Below, in pieces: positions 10,701 to 22,992 of a stretch of DNA of 64,000 nucleotides (position 1 is its first letter; every line of letters starts with the position of its first letter). A program made the translations under genes and the position numbers. This stretch comes from an uncultured cyanobacterium. Its GTDB lineage: Bacteria; Cyanobacteriota; Cyanobacteriia; Cyanobacteriales; Cyanobacteriaceae. Under the pieces are notes generated by a model, which saw only the letters and a list, made by a program, of their open reading frames with translations, ran no database searches and had not been told where the DNA came from. The stretch lies in assembly GCA_963749915.1 (NCBI GenBank), contig CAVVOP010000008.1, forward strand, positions 832,001 through 896,000. The letters run 5' to 3'.

Positions 10701-11291
10701 TTATGGATAAATAAGAGGGTAATTTTCTGGAGGAAGATAAACCCCGTCACAATCAGGCTTATGGCGATATTCGTTTAATTCAAAAGCTGAATTATGCCAT
10801 TTATACTGAGCAAAACTACCACAATCCCCTAAACCTCTAGTTTTCGTCTCTAGTATTAAAATTTGACTGAGGGGATCAAATTCTGCTGTACCGGTTAAAG
10901 TGTTAGTATTAGTTAGCCTTAAATTGTCACTAATATTGCTGTCAAAGGTGGTAAAGTCAATCACCCTAATTTCTGAAGATGCTTTATCAAATAAAATATA
11001 TTGATAGTTGCCCTGATAAGCACCGAAAAAGCATAAAATCTCTACCAAATATGTTTGGTTATTTAATCGATATATATTAGCAGAATTTTTTGATAACTTA
11101 TTATCTCGCTCTTGATTACATAAATTTAAAGTTTTTTGTTGACTGTAAATTATCTTGATTATTTCTTGCTTTTTTTCAGGAGTTATAGTTACTAATTCTT
11201 CCGATTTTTTTGCTTCTAGTTGACAGCCCAAACTATTTACTATTAATCCATAAATGATACATTTTAAAATTTTGAAAGAGAAATTGGACAA
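10701..11291 (-). CDS. DUF1176-like exported lipoprotein
   Basis: Lipobox-like LGC, CFFGAYQ, KxRGLGDCG and C-terminal CDG motifs. Confidence 0.7.
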   Translation of the reverse strand: MSNFSFKILKCIIYGLIVNSLGCQLEAKKSEELVTITPEKKQEIIKIIYSQQKTLNLCNQERDNKLSKNSANIYRLNNQTYLVEILCFFGAYQGNYQYILFDKASSEIRVIDFTTFDSNISDNLRLTNTNTLTGTAEFDPLSQILILETKTRGLGDCGSFAQYKWHNSAFELNEYRHKPDCDGVYLPPENYPLIYP

Positions 11292-11389
11292 TTTAGTTAT
11301 AGAGTAAATTTAAAAAAGTTTAGTCTATGGCAATATTAACTTAATATAATGTAAAATCGGATCCAAAATCATCGAGGGAAAAAAAAGAA

Positions 11390-12646
11390 TTGAGTCGTAA
11401 CTATTTATTTACATCCGAGTCCGTCACAGAAGGGCATCCTGACAAAATCTGTGACCAAATCTCTGACACTATTTTAGATGCTTTGTTAACTCAAGATCAA
11501 TCTAGTCGGGTGGCCGCAGAAGTAGTAGTTAACACTGGTTTAGTTTTGATTACTGGAGAAATTTCTTCTCAAGCCCACGTTAATTACATAAATTTGGCAC
11601 GCAAAAAAATTGCGGATATCGGCTATACTGACGCTAGTAACGGTTTTTCTGCTGATAGTTGCTCTGTTTTAATAGCTTTAGACGAACAATCCGCCGATAT
11701 TGCCCAAGGAGTTGATCAAGCACAAGAACAACGACAAAATCTCAGTGATGATGAACTGGATAAGATTGGGGCTGGGGATCAAGGCATTATGTTTGGTTTT
11801 GCTTGTAATGAGACTCCGGAGTTAATGCCTTTACCTATTAGTCTAGCTCACCGCATGGCCAGACGTTTAGCATTGGTTAGAAAGTCTGGAGAACTACCCT
11901 ATTTAGGTCCTGATGGGAAAACTCAGGTGACGATCGCCTACGAAAATGATCAACCTGTAGGTATTGACACTATTTTAATTTCTACTCAGCACACTGCTAC
12001 CATCGGCAATATTACTGATAATAATTCTATTCAGGCGACTTTAAAAGAGGCAATTCAAGAAGTGGTAGTTAGTCCTGTTTTCCACGATTTACAAATTAAG
12101 CCGACGGATAAAACCCGTTTCTTACTGAATCCCACAGGCAAATTCGTCATTGGTGGGCCTCAAGGGGACTCTGGCTTGACAGGGCGTAAAATTATTATTG
12201 ATACCTATGGCGGTTATTCTCGTCATGGTGGTGGTGCTTTTTCGGGCAAAGACCCTACTAAAGTCGATCGTAGCGCTTCCTATGCCTGTCGTTATGTCGC
12301 TAAAAATATTGTAGCCGCTGGATTAGCTAGTAAGTGTGAAGTGCAAGTAAGTTATGCCATCGGTGTGGCTCAACCTGTGAGTATTTTTATTGAAACTTTT
12401 GGAACGGCAACTATCCCCGAAGAAAAACTATTGCCCTTGGTTAAGGCCCATTTTGACTTACGCCCCGCAGGTATTATTCAAATGTTCAACTTATGTTCTT
12501 TACCTTCTCAACGAAATGGTCGTTTTTACCAAGATGTTGCCGCTTATGGGCATTTTGGACGTACTGATTTAGATCTACCTTGGGAAAGAACTGATAAAGC
12601 CGCTTTACTTCTGGATTCTATTGGCCAAAAATTGGCGATCGCCTAG
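11390..12646 (+). CDS. metK: S-adenosylmethionine synthetase
   Basis: [28 protein letters not shown]. Confidence 0.98.
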   Translation: MSRNYLFTSESVTEGHPDKICDQISDTILDALLTQDQSSRVAAEVVVNTGLVLITGEISSQAHVNYINLARKKIADIGYTDASNGFSADSCSVLIALDEQSADIAQGVDQAQEQRQNLSDDELDKIGAGDQGIMFGFACNETPELMPLPISLAHRMARRLALVRKSGELPYLGPDGKTQVTIAYENDQPVGIDTILISTQHTATIGNITDNNSIQATLKEAIQEVVVSPVFHDLQIKPTDKTRFLLNPTGKFVIGGPQGDSGLTGRKIIIDTYGGYSRHGGGAFSGKDPTKVDRSASYACRYVAKNIVAAGLASKCEVQVSYAIGVAQPVSIFIETFGTATIPEEKLLPLVKAHFDLRPAGIIQMFNLCSLPSQRNGRFYQDVAAYGHFGRTDLDLPWERTDKAALLLDSIGQKLAIA

Positions 12647-12766
12647 AGTAATTAACAATTAACAATTAGCCATGAAGAAAAAACTGCGAAAGTGTAGAAA
12701 GTATAATTATAGATCATTGTGAACTACCTAAATCGAACTTAACGTAACTGTGAAACTTTTTTACTT

Positions 12767-14212
12767 ATGACACCCAAATTCACTACTTTTATGGTCGCTA
12801 TTAGTATTAATATTCCCGTACTATTACTATGCCATCCCACTCAAGCCCAATCCTCTGCCATGGAGGAAAATCCTGGTTTGAGCCCTTTATTACCGCCTCT
12901 TCAACCCCTTACTCCACCGAAAATCTTACCAGAAACGAAGCCCTATGCTTTAGGTCCAGGTGATATCATTCGGGTTAGTGTGTATGAACTACCGGATCAA
13001 GGGGGCGAATTTCAAATATCTACTGACGGCACAATTTCTATTCCCTTGATAGGTACTTTGAACATTGAAGGAAAAACCGTTGAACAAGTCTATCAACTTT
13101 TAACGGAAGAATATAGTCTGTTTCTCAAGCGTCCAGTGGTTACTGTCACCCTCATAGCACAACGCCCCCTGAAATTGGCCATCGCAGGAGAAATAAATGT
13201 ACCAGGAAAATACACCCTAAGTCCTGACTTAGGAGATAGAAAACGACCAAAAGTAACCGATTTACTTGAACAAGCAGGGGGTTTAACCGTCTCAGCCAAT
13301 GTGAGAGAAATTCTCTTAAAAAGAAATGAAAATAACGGTGAAAGAATTTACACCATAGACTTTTGGCAACTATTACAACAGGGAGACTTAAAACAAGATG
13401 TTGACTTACAGGACGGAGACGTAATTATCATACCCAAACAAGAAATAATCAATGCCAGAGAAAATCGTCAATTAGCCGATGCCAATTTTGGGATTAAATT
13501 TGCTCAACCGCCCAATGTTACCATTGTAGGGGAAGTTAACCGCCCCGGTGCTTATACCATACCCATTGAAACAGGATCTCCTCGACTTACGATTGCTTTA
13601 CAACAAAGTGGCGGTATCCGAGAAATGGCTAATATTCGTGAAATTACCGTTAATCGTATTACTAGAGATGGACAAGAGCAAACCATTGAGATCAATCTAT
13701 GGGAAATGCTAGAAACAGGAGATGTCAATAAAGATATTGTTTTACAAGATGGAGATACAATCATCGTACCAAGAGCGGAGGAAATTGATCCCGCCGAAGC
13801 ACAAACCATTGCCTCTGCTAACTTTTCTCCCGCCGAAATTATCGTTAACGTGGTGGGTTCAGTGAGAAGGCCGGGGGGCCTACAAATAACTCCCAATAGC
13901 CCTTTAAATAATGCGATATTAGCTGCTGGCGGTTTTGATGATCGTCGTGCTAATAAGAGTGTAGTGCAACTGCTGAGGGTTAATCCTAATGGTACAGTTA
14001 CCAAAAGGGATGTTTCTGTAGATTTAGCCGCGGAGGTTAATGAAGAAACAAACCCTATTCTTAAAAATAATGATGTGATTATCGTTAATAGGAACGTTTT
14101 CGCCGCAATTGGCGACGGTTTTGAGACGGTTTTTGGACCGATCGGTAGAACTTTTTCTATTTATAATTTGTTTAATAATGCCTTTGATAATAACAATAAT
14201 AATAGGAGATAA
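12767..14212 (+). CDS. wza: Polysaccharide export outer-membrane protein (Poly_export plus SLBB repeats)
   Basis: YxLGPGD, DGTISxPLIG and three GEVxxPG...AGG repeats; adjacent to wzc. Confidence 0.85.
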   Translation: MTPKFTTFMVAISINIPVLLLCHPTQAQSSAMEENPGLSPLLPPLQPLTPPKILPETKPYALGPGDIIRVSVYELPDQGGEFQISTDGTISIPLIGTLNIEGKTVEQVYQLLTEEYSLFLKRPVVTVTLIAQRPLKLAIAGEINVPGKYTLSPDLGDRKRPKVTDLLEQAGGLTVSANVREILLKRNENNGERIYTIDFWQLLQQGDLKQDVDLQDGDVIIIPKQEIINARENRQLADANFGIKFAQPPNVTIVGEVNRPGAYTIPIETGSPRLTIALQQSGGIREMANIREITVNRITRDGQEQTIEINLWEMLETGDVNKDIVLQDGDTIIVPRAEEIDPAEAQTIASANFSPAEIIVNVVGSVRRPGGLQITPNSPLNNAILAAGGFDDRRANKSVVQLLRVNPNGTVTKRDVSVDLAAEVNEETNPILKNNDVIIVNRNVFAAIGDGFETVFGPIGRTFSIYNLFNNAFDNNNNNRR

Positions 14213-14332
14213 CTTCCCATCTAGCAACAGAATTATTTTTCTAATTTCACAGTTTTTCAAGAATAATTTTGGACTGCTATCATTCCTTCTTCTCTTTCCT
14301 TTTTCCCTTATCAACTATCAATTATTTAAAAA

Positions 14333-16666
14333 ATGTCCCCAAAAAAAGACTCAGATTATGAATTAGGATCTAACAATAATGATCTTCAGGATATAGAAAA
14401 TAATGTCGTCTCCTCTTTATCAATGATCTCCCAAAAAGCGGATCAAGAAGCTGATAATGTTAATAGTTTTTCCCGGTTTTTCTCATTACTAAAAAGACGC
14501 TGGATGGTTTTTACCAGCGTAACAGTGGGGGTTACTGCTGCCATAAGTTTTTGGACTTATCAACAATCACCAATTTATCAAGGTAAGTTCCTGTTATTGG
14601 TGGACAAATTCGAGGAAAAAGGAAAAAGTGATGCTAATATAAATGGCTCGATATCCCCATCTCAACCATCAGAAATTGACTACAATACGGAAATAGAAAT
14701 TTTGGCTAGTACCAGTGTTTTGCTACCTATTTTAGATAAAATTTCTGTTGAATATCCCGATATTTATGAGGATATTAACCTCGAAAAATTAGACAATTTA
14801 ACCATTAAACCCTTAGAAAATACGAAAATAGTAGAAGTTATTTTTAAAAATAAAGATCCTCAAAAAATTAAATATGTTTTAGACGAAATTGCGAGTAGTT
14901 ATTTAGCTAACAATTTGGCAGAAAATAAAAATAATATTAATGAAGGTTTAAAATTTGTCCGAAATCAAGTGCCACAATTAGAAAATAAAGTAACATCTTT
15001 ACAGACTCAATTACAAACTTTAAGACAACAATATCAGTTTATCGATCCCCAAGTTAAAGCCACAGAATTAACTCAACAATTATTAGCTGTGGAACAAGAT
15101 TATTTAGCGACTCAAGTTCAGTTAAAACAAGCCAATTCTGCTTATATTAATTTACAACAACAGTTAAATTTATCTCCCGAACAAGCCATTGCTGTTAGTT
15201 ATTTAACGGAATCACCAAAATACCAAAGTTTATTAAAACAATTACAAGATTTGGAACTAGAATTAGCAGTACAATCCGCTATTTTTACTGACAAAAGTCC
15301 TCAAATTATTACTTTAAAAGAAAAAAGAGAAAATGTCACCCAATTATTAAGACAAGAAAGTCGAAATGTCCTAGCTCAAGAATTTGGCAATATTACTGAT
15401 CAAGAATCGATCGCCTTATCTTCTCCTAATCAAATTCGCACGAAATTAACAGAAGAATTACTGTTAAAAGCTAACGAACTAAAAATGTTTCAAACCAAAG
15501 TTGACAGTTTAAAAATAGTATTAGAAGAACTGAAACAACGCACTCAACAAATGCCCACGATTACCAGACAATATGCCGATTTACAGAGAGAATTGCAATC
15601 CACCACTGACAGTTTAAAACGTTTCTTAGAAATCAGAGAAAAACTGGAATTAGAGCAAGCCCAAAAAAACGTAACTTGGCGCATAATAAACCCTCCTAAA
15701 ATTCCCGATGAACCTGTTTATCCCACCCCATTAAATAATATCATTATTGGTTTTCTAGGAGGATTAATTTTAGGTATGACAACGGCTTTAATCGTTGATA
15801 AATTAGACGTTTCAATACATACATTAGAACAATTAAAAGAATTAATAAAACAACCTATTTTAGGAAAAATACCCATTCATAAAAACATTAATTCCGTAGA
15901 GGAAGTCATCCGCAAAGCCTTACCCTCCCTTCACTCTAGCCCTGAATCTGCCCTTAGTTGGATGCCAAAAACCACCCAACCTCAAGAATACACCTCATCT
16001 TATTGGATTGAATCTTTCCGTAACCTTTATACCAACGTCAGTTTATTAGGCTCGGACTCTCCTGTTAACTCCTTGGTAATTAGTTCCGCTAATCCCGCCG
16101 AGGGTAAATCTACCATCAGTCTTAATTTAGCACAAGGGGCGGCGGCTATGGGGCAAAAAGTATTGTTAATCGATGCGGATTTACGATTACCTCAATTACA
16201 TCGCCTCTTGGGAGTGGATAATGAGAATGGTTTAACTAACGTTTTAGCTACGGGAGTTGACTTGGTGTCGGCGATCAAAGAAGTGCCTCAATGGGAAAAT
16301 TTATCAGTCATCACCGCCGGACAAATACCACCAGATCCTACTCGCTTGTTACACTCGAAAAAAATGCAACAGATTATCAAAGAATTAAAGGAATCTGAAA
16401 AATTTGACTTTATTATCTATGATAGTCCTTCAGTGTTGGGTTTCTCCGACGCCAAAATTCTCGCCCCGAATACCAATGGTTTAATTTTAGTCGTGAAATT
16501 AGGTAAAACAGAGAGTTCTGATTTGCAGCAGGTCACAGAACAATTAAAAATATCTCATATTCCTCTGTTGGGTATTGTTGCTAATGGAATCAAATATAAT
16601 GATCAAGGAGGATATTATCGCTCTAACTATCATAATTATTATAAATCTCATCGAGGTAAGGTATAG
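14333..16666 (+). CDS. wzc: Polysaccharide co-polymerase/tyrosine autokinase
   Basis: Two TM helices flanking a coiled coil, EGKST Walker A, IDADLR, Tyr-rich C-terminal tail. Confidence 0.9.
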   Translation: MSPKKDSDYELGSNNNDLQDIENNVVSSLSMISQKADQEADNVNSFSRFFSLLKRRWMVFTSVTVGVTAAISFWTYQQSPIYQGKFLLLVDKFEEKGKSDANINGSISPSQPSEIDYNTEIEILASTSVLLPILDKISVEYPDIYEDINLEKLDNLTIKPLENTKIVEVIFKNKDPQKIKYVLDEIASSYLANNLAENKNNINEGLKFVRNQVPQLENKVTSLQTQLQTLRQQYQFIDPQVKATELTQQLLAVEQDYLATQVQLKQANSAYINLQQQLNLSPEQAIAVSYLTESPKYQSLLKQLQDLELELAVQSAIFTDKSPQIITLKEKRENVTQLLRQESRNVLAQEFGNITDQESIALSSPNQIRTKLTEELLLKANELKMFQTKVDSLKIVLEELKQRTQQMPTITRQYADLQRELQSTTDSLKRFLEIREKLELEQAQKNVTWRIINPPKIPDEPVYPTPLNNIIIGFLGGLILGMTTALIVDKLDVSIHTLEQLKELIKQPILGKIPIHKNINSVEEVIRKALPSLHSSPESALSWMPKTTQPQEYTSSYWIESFRNLYTNVSLLGSDSPVNSLVISSANPAEGKSTISLNLAQGAAAMGQKVLLIDADLRLPQLHRLLGVDNENGLTNVLATGVDLVSAIKEVPQWENLSVITAGQIPPDPTRLLHSKKMQQIIKELKESEKFDFIIYDSPSVLGFSDAKILAPNTNGLILVVKLGKTESSDLQQVTEQLKISHIPLLGIVANGIKYNDQGGYYRSNYHNYYKSHRGKV

Positions 16667-16756
16667 ATGATGGTTGATTGATGGAAAGAAATATTCAAAA
16701 CCTACCCTTGTAAACTCTTGGTGGCTCATATTTTAGCAATTATTGATTATTAAACT

Positions 16757-17281
16757 ATGGTTTCTACATTATTACTCACAATATTGTTAATGATCGGTCT
16801 GTTTTTCTTCATCAGAGGAAGTATCAAAGATCGTACAGAAATTGTGACTCTGGCCTGTCAAGATACTGAAGATAATATTCTGAGTTATTTAAGAAATTAT
16901 TTTCAAACTAGATCCTATAAAGTCACGGCTATCGATGGTGAAACTAATAAAGTATCCTTAGAAGGACTTGTTTCCCCTAGCATTTTTTTAGCAGTTTTTC
17001 TGAGTTTTTTAGCAGGTTGTGGTTTATTTTGTTTTGCGTTAGTTTTATCGATGTTATTTTCTACCGAAAGTAATCTATTTTTAGGGTTACTAATTCTTGC
17101 ACCCCTTGCAGGTTTTTTCTATTGGAAAGGTGCCGGTAGAGTTGAAAAAGTAGTTTTTCGTTTAGATAGCAATACTCAAGAATCTGCCGATACGATTATT
17201 ACAATTCAAGCACACAGGGACGAACTAATACAATTACAAAATACTTTTCCTTTTATTTATTCCGTGAAGGAAACTGTTTAA
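16757..17281 (+). CDS. ccb1: Cofactor assembly of complex C subunit B (CCB1/DUF3529)
   Basis: STLLLTxLLxIGLFFFIRxSxKDRT and AHRDELIQL motifs. Confidence 0.85.
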   Translation: MVSTLLLTILLMIGLFFFIRGSIKDRTEIVTLACQDTEDNILSYLRNYFQTRSYKVTAIDGETNKVSLEGLVSPSIFLAVFLSFLAGCGLFCFALVLSMLFSTESNLFLGLLILAPLAGFFYWKGAGRVEKVVFRLDSNTQESADTIITIQAHRDELIQLQNTFPFIYSVKETV

Positions 17282-17360
17282 AACTATAAATCTTCTCTCC
17301 CAACTCCCACCGCCCTTCTCCCCTGCTACCACAACCCCTAATTTCAAAATTGTTCAAGCA

Positions 17361-17475
17361 CTAGTACTCTGACATTTCTAATTTGAGGGGTAAAACTATT
17401 TTCGAAAATCTAACATCTAAAATCCAAAATTATCTTAACCAGTCCATCAATATGGTGCTGTCAAAACAATACTAG
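17361..17475. mobile_element. Degenerate inverted copy of the MITE at 6724-6829
   Basis: CTAG termini and shared internal blocks TGAGGG.TAAAAC, AAAATCCAAAATTA and CCAGTCC.TCAA. Confidence 0.6.
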
Positions 17476-17568
17476 TGTCACTGGTCAGTAATCAGTTGAT
17501 TCTTTATTGACTTATGGTTGTCTCAATAGGGAATCTAGGCTAAAATTTTAGACAAAATAACTGGAATT

Positions 17569-18747
17569 ATGATGTTAATTCGTCGATTCATCATTGCCCT
17601 TGCTTTTGTTTATCCTCTTGTTAGTTCTTTCCCTCTAAAAGCTCAAGATCATTTCTCCGAACCTCCTTCTTCATCGGAAACTAAAACAGATTTACCCTCT
17701 AAATTACGGGTGGGATTTGCAGGAGGAGAACCGGCTGTGATTGTCTCTGGGACTGGAAAAATAACTGGAATTACAGTAGAAATGTGGCACGAACTGGCCG
17801 AAAAACTGAATCTTAACGATGAAATGGTTTTCTATTCCTCTGTTCCTGAGATGTTAGTTCACTTGGGACTGGGGAAAATTGATGTGGCGTTTGGGACAAT
17901 TTCGATTACGCCAGAGCGATTAGAACTCTTTGATTTTACGCAACCCGTTGGCCAAGACCATCTCACCTTACTGTTACCCTCTTCTCCACCGACGTTGTGG
18001 GGTATTGTTCGCCCCTTCTTGGGATGGGCTTTTATTTCCTCCGCAGGAGTCATTTATCTTTGTCTGTTCACCGTTGGCAATTTGCTCTGGTTAGCGGAAC
18101 ACAAGGACAACCCTGAACAGTTTACCCCTGAATATTTTAAGGGAATTAAAGAAGGAATGTGGTGTGCTGTCATGACCTTTACCACTGTCGGCTATGGCGA
18201 TCGCTATCCCATTACCCCCTTAGGACGCATCATTGCCTCATGGTGGGCGATTATTTCCACCATTATTGTTAGTTCATTAACTGCTGGAATTGCTACAACC
18301 TTGGCTTTGGCGTTTTCCCCTCGTTCAGTTGAGGAGTTTAGTAAACCCCAAGATTTAAACAATGCCCGTATCGCCGTGATAACCGGTTCAAATGCGGCAA
18401 AATGGGCGACATACTATGGAGCACGTCTGGTGCCTATCAAAGATCTAGCATCTGGTATTACCCAGTTGAAAAACAAACAGGTGGACGCAATTCTTTATTC
18501 CCGTTTATTTTTAGAAAATTACCTCCATCAAAATCCTCAGATTGATTATCGAATGGCCAATTTTAGTCTAGGAACTGAAGACTATAGTATTGCTCTGACC
18601 GCCAATAATCCTTTAACTAAAAAATTGAATGAGCAGTTATTTAACATTGATACGCAAATTAAATTTCAACAAATTGCAGAGAATTGGTTTCAGTTTAAAA
18701 ACGACGATTCCCGTTATAACAATCGAGGATCTAGCAATACTAAATGA
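17569..18747 (+). CDS. GluR0-like ligand-gated K+ channel
   Basis: Split SBP family-3 domain (ITPER..FDFT) around TM-pore-TM with TTVGYGD filter. Confidence 0.85.
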   Translation: MMLIRRFIIALAFVYPLVSSFPLKAQDHFSEPPSSSETKTDLPSKLRVGFAGGEPAVIVSGTGKITGITVEMWHELAEKLNLNDEMVFYSSVPEMLVHLGLGKIDVAFGTISITPERLELFDFTQPVGQDHLTLLLPSSPPTLWGIVRPFLGWAFISSAGVIYLCLFTVGNLLWLAEHKDNPEQFTPEYFKGIKEGMWCAVMTFTTVGYGDRYPITPLGRIIASWWAIISTIIVSSLTAGIATTLALAFSPRSVEEFSKPQDLNNARIAVITGSNAAKWATYYGARLVPIKDLASGITQLKNKQVDAILYSRLFLENYLHQNPQIDYRMANFSLGTEDYSIALTANNPLTKKLNEQLFNIDTQIKFQQIAENWFQFKNDDSRYNNRGSSNTK

Positions 18748-18837
18748 ATAAACATGGATTAATCTCTATTATTCATGCAATCATTAAAAATAGTAAAGCT
18801 AAAAATTAATTCTTCATTCTAAATTCTAAATTCTAAA

Positions 18838-19656
18838 TTACCCTCCAGAGAGTCTTTTTCGGGCAAATCCCTTGCAGTATTCAGCAAGGCCCACAATTTC
18901 TATGTCATCGAGAGAAGTGGGTAAATTTTGATCTAATTCCGATTCCGTTGATAAATTAGGAAAATTATGACGATGGGGGCAAGTTTCACAGTTATTATGA
19001 TGAGGAAAATTAAGTCTATTTTCGATATATTCTGCGGTTAAATACTCTAGTTTTTCTAATAAATAATTTAACTCTTTTCTGGTTTTTTCGTGTTTCGTTT
19101 TATTATATTTAATGGTCTGTCGTTGCGGCTTATTGGGTAACTTAACAAACCAATAAGTAAAAGAAAGTTGGTGAGGTCTATAGTCAAGTTTCTCTGCTAA
19201 AATATATAGATATAGTTTTGTTTGCCAATTATTAATTAATTTATCCTCATCTTGAGGTTTTAAATAAGTTTTCCAATCAAAAATTACCGCCTTATTTTTA
19301 TATAAAATTAATAAATCATAAACTGAGGTAAATAAATAATTATTAAGGGTATAGTTAACCTGATATTCTGCCTTTTTCGTAATAATTTCAGAAGAAGTCC
19401 ATATATCTTCAGTGGCATTAATTAAAGCCTTCACAGAAAGTTTTAAATCGTCATTATCTGTTTGAATATCATCGATAGGTAAACCTAAATTATGTTGTTG
19501 CATCAACAGATGGAACTGTTTTCCCCATTGGGTTTTTTCTTCTTGGATTAAATTAAAAGGAATTTTTAACTGTTGTAAATAAATTTTTTGAAATAGTGGC
19601 GGACAAGTTTCTAATGTATTCAAATGTTTTTGGGATAAATGCCAATGTGATGTCAT
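18838..19656 (-). CDS. PD-(D/E)XK nuclease family protein
   Basis: LSQxHL..CP, G..FH, YDLL..IFDWKT, WQTxLY, CxxC. Confidence 0.75.
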   Translation of the reverse strand: MTSHWHLSQKHLNTLETCPPLFQKIYLQQLKIPFNLIQEEKTQWGKQFHLLMQQHNLGLPIDDIQTDNDDLKLSVKALINATEDIWTSSEIITKKAEYQVNYTLNNYLFTSVYDLLILYKNKAVIFDWKTYLKPQDEDKLINNWQTKLYLYILAEKLDYRPHQLSFTYWFVKLPNKPQRQTIKYNKTKHEKTRKELNYLLEKLEYLTAEYIENRLNFPHHNNCETCPHRHNFPNLSTESELDQNLPTSLDDIEIVGLAEYCKGFARKRLSGG

Positions 19657-19713
19657 AAGGCAATATACTGATAGTTAGATAATTTTGTATAAACTTATTA
19701 TTAATAACTCATC

Positions 19714-20412
19714 ATGTCAGAAGTAGAAAGAATATTATTAGTGGATGATGAACCCGGTATCAGAGAGTCAGTACAAGCATACCTAAATTATAACGAAAAT
19801 TGGCAAGTAGAAGTGGCCAGTAATGCCAAAGAAGCGTGGCAAAAGTTAGAACATGATACCCCTGATTTAATTATCTCCGATATTATGATGCCGGAGGTTA
19901 ATGGGTTACAGTTTTTGGCACAACTAAAAGAAGATAGTCGTTTTTGTTCAGTACCTGTGGTATTTCTGACAGCTAAAGGAATGACAACTGATCGCATAGA
20001 GGGATATACTGCCGGATGTGATGCGTATTTACCAAAACCCTTTGATGCCGATGAGTTAGAAGCTATTGTCAGAAACTTATTGGCGAAAAAAAGAACCCAG
20101 CAAGAAAATACTGAAGGGAATGTTCAATTAGAGGAGTTAGTTAAAGATGTGAAAGACATCAAAGATAAACTCAAAAACAGTAGTAGTAAGTTTACCATTA
20201 CAGAGCCTCCCATAGCCATTGATTTAACCCCAAGAGAACAAAGTGTCTTAGATTTAGTGGCACAGGGTTTAATGAATAAAGAAATTGCGAAAACCTTGGA
20301 AACCAGCGTTAGAAACGTCGAAAAATACGTTAGTCGTCTTTTCAGCAAAACGGGTACTAATAGCCGCACTGAATTAGTCAGATTTGCATTGAAACACGGA
20401 TTGACAGATTAA
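19714..20412 (+). CDS. NarL/LuxR-family response regulator (Ycf29/Rre1-like)
   Basis: Receiver domain (LVDD, DIMMP, FLTAKG, KPF) and LTPREQ..GLMNKEIA..RNVEKYVSRL HTH. Confidence 0.9.
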   Translation: MSEVERILLVDDEPGIRESVQAYLNYNENWQVEVASNAKEAWQKLEHDTPDLIISDIMMPEVNGLQFLAQLKEDSRFCSVPVVFLTAKGMTTDRIEGYTAGCDAYLPKPFDADELEAIVRNLLAKKRTQQENTEGNVQLEELVKDVKDIKDKLKNSSSKFTITEPPIAIDLTPREQSVLDLVAQGLMNKEIAKTLETSVRNVEKYVSRLFSKTGTNSRTELVRFALKHGLTD

Positions 20413-20520
20413 CAATGAACAAAGGAAAGGCAGAAGAGAATACTAACCCATCTTTCTAGTTAAATAAAAAAAGGGGCGAGACAATAATGCCCACCCCCAG
20501 AGATTAGTTAAATAAAACGT

Positions 20521-22992
20521 TTAAACACTAGCTTTGACTAATAAAGGATTTTCTCTTTCGGCTTTAATAGCAACTTTTCCTTCTTCGTCAATATCTACTG
20601 TGGCAGTATCTCCTTCTTGAAGACGTTTCGAGAGAATTTCCTCGGCTAACACATCCTCTAAAAGTCGCATAATTGCACGACGTAAAGGACGAGCACCATA
20701 GGCAGGATTAAAACCTTCTTCTACTAAACGCTCTTTGAATTTGTCTGTTACTTGTAAGTAAATTTCTTGCTCGGTTAAACGGGCAAACACTTCTTTGAGT
20801 AAGATTTCGGAAATTTCCTTGACTTCTCCTTTGTTAAGTTGACGGAAGACGATAATTTCATCGAGACGATTAAGAAACTCAGGACGGAAGTAGTTTTTTA
20901 ACTCCTCATTTACTAGGGACTTAATACGGTTGTATTGAGATTCGTTTTTGTCATCTTCGAGTTCAAAACCTAAACCGCCTCCACCTTTTTCGATTACTTT
21001 TGAACCGATATTGGAAGTCATGATCAACAGGGTATTTTTGAAATCAACAGTACGACCTTTAGAATCGGTCAAACGTCCATCTTCGAAGATTTGTAATAAG
21101 AGATTGAAGACATCGGGGTGGGCCTTCTCAATTTCATCGAAGAGAACCACTGTGTAAGGACGACGACGTACAGCTTCGGTTAATTGTCCACCCTCATTAT
21201 AGCCGACATAGCCCGGGGGAGAACCAATTAATTTCGATACTGTGTGACGTTCCATATATTCCGACATATCCAAGCGGATCATAGCATCTTCCGAACCAAA
21301 AAAGTAAGTTGCTAAGGCTTTGGTAAGTTCGGTTTTTCCTACTCCAGTAGGTCCAGAGAAAATGAATGAGGCAATGGGACGGTTAGGATTTTTCAAGCCG
21401 ACTCTTGCCCGACGAATAGCCCGTGAAATAGATTTCACCGCGTCTTCTTGACCGATAATTCTCTGATGGAGAGTATCTTCCATGTGTAAGAGTTTATCCG
21501 CTTCAGATTCTGTTAATTTTTGAACGGGTACACCAGTCCAAGAAGCCACAATATGAGCGATTTCTTCTTCGGTAACTATGGGATTATCATTAACTTGAGG
21601 ATTTTTCTTCTTCTGATCCGCCAAAGCCCGAATTTCTCCCTTAATTTCCATTTCTCGATCACGTAATTCCCCAGCCTTATCAAAGTCTTGAGATCTCACA
21701 GCTTCGTCTTTTTCTTTTAGTACCTGTCTCAATTCCTTGTCTAACTCTTTAGCTTCGGCGGGTAACTGAGAATTCATCAAACGAACTCTTGAACCCGCTT
21801 CATCAACTAAGTCGATGGCTTTGTCAGGCAAATAGCGATCGCTGATATAACGATCAGATAATTGAGCTGCCGCAGAAAGAGCTTCATCGGAAATTTTGAG
21901 CTTGTGATGTTGTTCGTAACGTTCCCGTAGTCCGAATAAAATCTCGATGGTTTCTTCCACACTGGGTTCACCTACCATCACAGGCTGAAAACGCCGGGCT
22001 AAAGCCGCATCTCTTTCGATGTGTTTGCGGTATTCATCAAGGGTCGTAGCCCCGATACATTGCAGTTCACCCCTTGCTAAAGCAGGTTTAAGGATGTTTG
22101 CCGCATCTATGGCCCCTTCAGCCGCCCCAGCACCGATAAGGGTGTGAACTTCATCAATTACAAGGACGACATTTCCTGCTTGGCGAATTTCGTCCATGAT
22201 TTTTTTGAGTCGCTCTTCAAATTCCCCACGATACTTAGTACCAGCCACTAATAAACCAATATCAAGGGTGACGACTCGTTTGTCTTCTAATAAATCCGGC
22301 ACATCTTTATTAGCAATGCGTTGAGCTAAGCCTTCAGCAATGGCAGTTTTACCGACACCGGGTTCACCAATTAAGACAGGGTTATTTTTGGTACGACGAC
22401 CTAAAATTTGGATAACACGCTCAATTTCTTTTTGACGACCAACCACAGGATCCAATTTCCCTTCGGTAGCCATGATAGTTAAATTAGAGCCGAACTCATC
22501 CAAAGTAGGAGTTTTGTTAGAGCGACTACCACCACCAACACCCACAGGAGTAGTTTCGGTTTCCCCTAGCATACGAATAACCTGAGTGCGTACTTTACCC
22601 AAGTCCACCCCGAGATTTTCTAAAACTCTTGCCGCAACACCCTCACCCTCACGGATTAAACCGAGAAGTAAGTGTTCCGTACCAATATAATTGTGTCCTA
22701 ATTGACGAGCTTCTTCTAAAGATAACTCTAATACTCGTTTCGCTCTGGGAGTAAAGGGAATTTCCACCGCTACAAAACCAGAACCTCGACCGATAATTTT
22801 TTCAACCTCAATCCGAGCATCTTTTAGGTTAACACCCATAGATTTAAGAACTTTGGCGGCGACACCAGTTCCTTCTCCAATCAAACCAAGCAAAATTTGC
22901 TCAGTACCTACGAAGTTATGACCCAAGCGACGAGCTTCCTCTTGGGCTAACATGATCACCTTGATCGCCTTTTCTGTGAAGCGTTCAAACAT
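20521..22992 (-). CDS. clpC: ATP-dependent Clp protease ATP-binding subunit ClpC
   Basis: [11 protein letters not shown] start, two AAA+ modules ([16 protein letters not shown]), UVR domain. Confidence 0.98.
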   Translation of the reverse strand: MFERFTEKAIKVIMLAQEEARRLGHNFVGTEQILLGLIGEGTGVAAKVLKSMGVNLKDARIEVEKIIGRGSGFVAVEIPFTPRAKRVLELSLEEARQLGHNYIGTEHLLLGLIREGEGVAARVLENLGVDLGKVRTQVIRMLGETETTPVGVGGGSRSNKTPTLDEFGSNLTIMATEGKLDPVVGRQKEIERVIQILGRRTKNNPVLIGEPGVGKTAIAEGLAQRIANKDVPDLLEDKRVVTLDIGLLVAGTKYRGEFEERLKKIMDEIRQAGNVVLVIDEVHTLIGAGAAEGAIDAANILKPALARGELQCIGATTLDEYRKHIERDAALARRFQPVMVGEPSVEETIEILFGLRERYEQHHKLKISDEALSAAAQLSDRYISDRYLPDKAIDLVDEAGSRVRLMNSQLPAEAKELDKELRQVLKEKDEAVRSQDFDKAGELRDREMEIKGEIRALADQKKKNPQVNDNPIVTEEEIAHIVASWTGVPVQKLTESEADKLLHMEDTLHQRIIGQEDAVKSISRAIRRARVGLKNPNRPIASFIFSGPTGVGKTELTKALATYFFGSEDAMIRLDMSEYMERHTVSKLIGSPPGYVGYNEGGQLTEAVRRRPYTVVLFDEIEKAHPDVFNLLLQIFEDGRLTDSKGRTVDFKNTLLIMTSNIGSKVIEKGGGGLGFELEDDKNESQYNRIKSLVNEELKNYFRPEFLNRLDEIIVFRQLNKGEVKEISEILLKEVFARLTEQEIYLQVTDKFKERLVEEGFNPAYGARPLRRAIMRLLEDVLAEEILSKRLQEGDTATVDIDEEGKVAIKAERENPLLVKASV

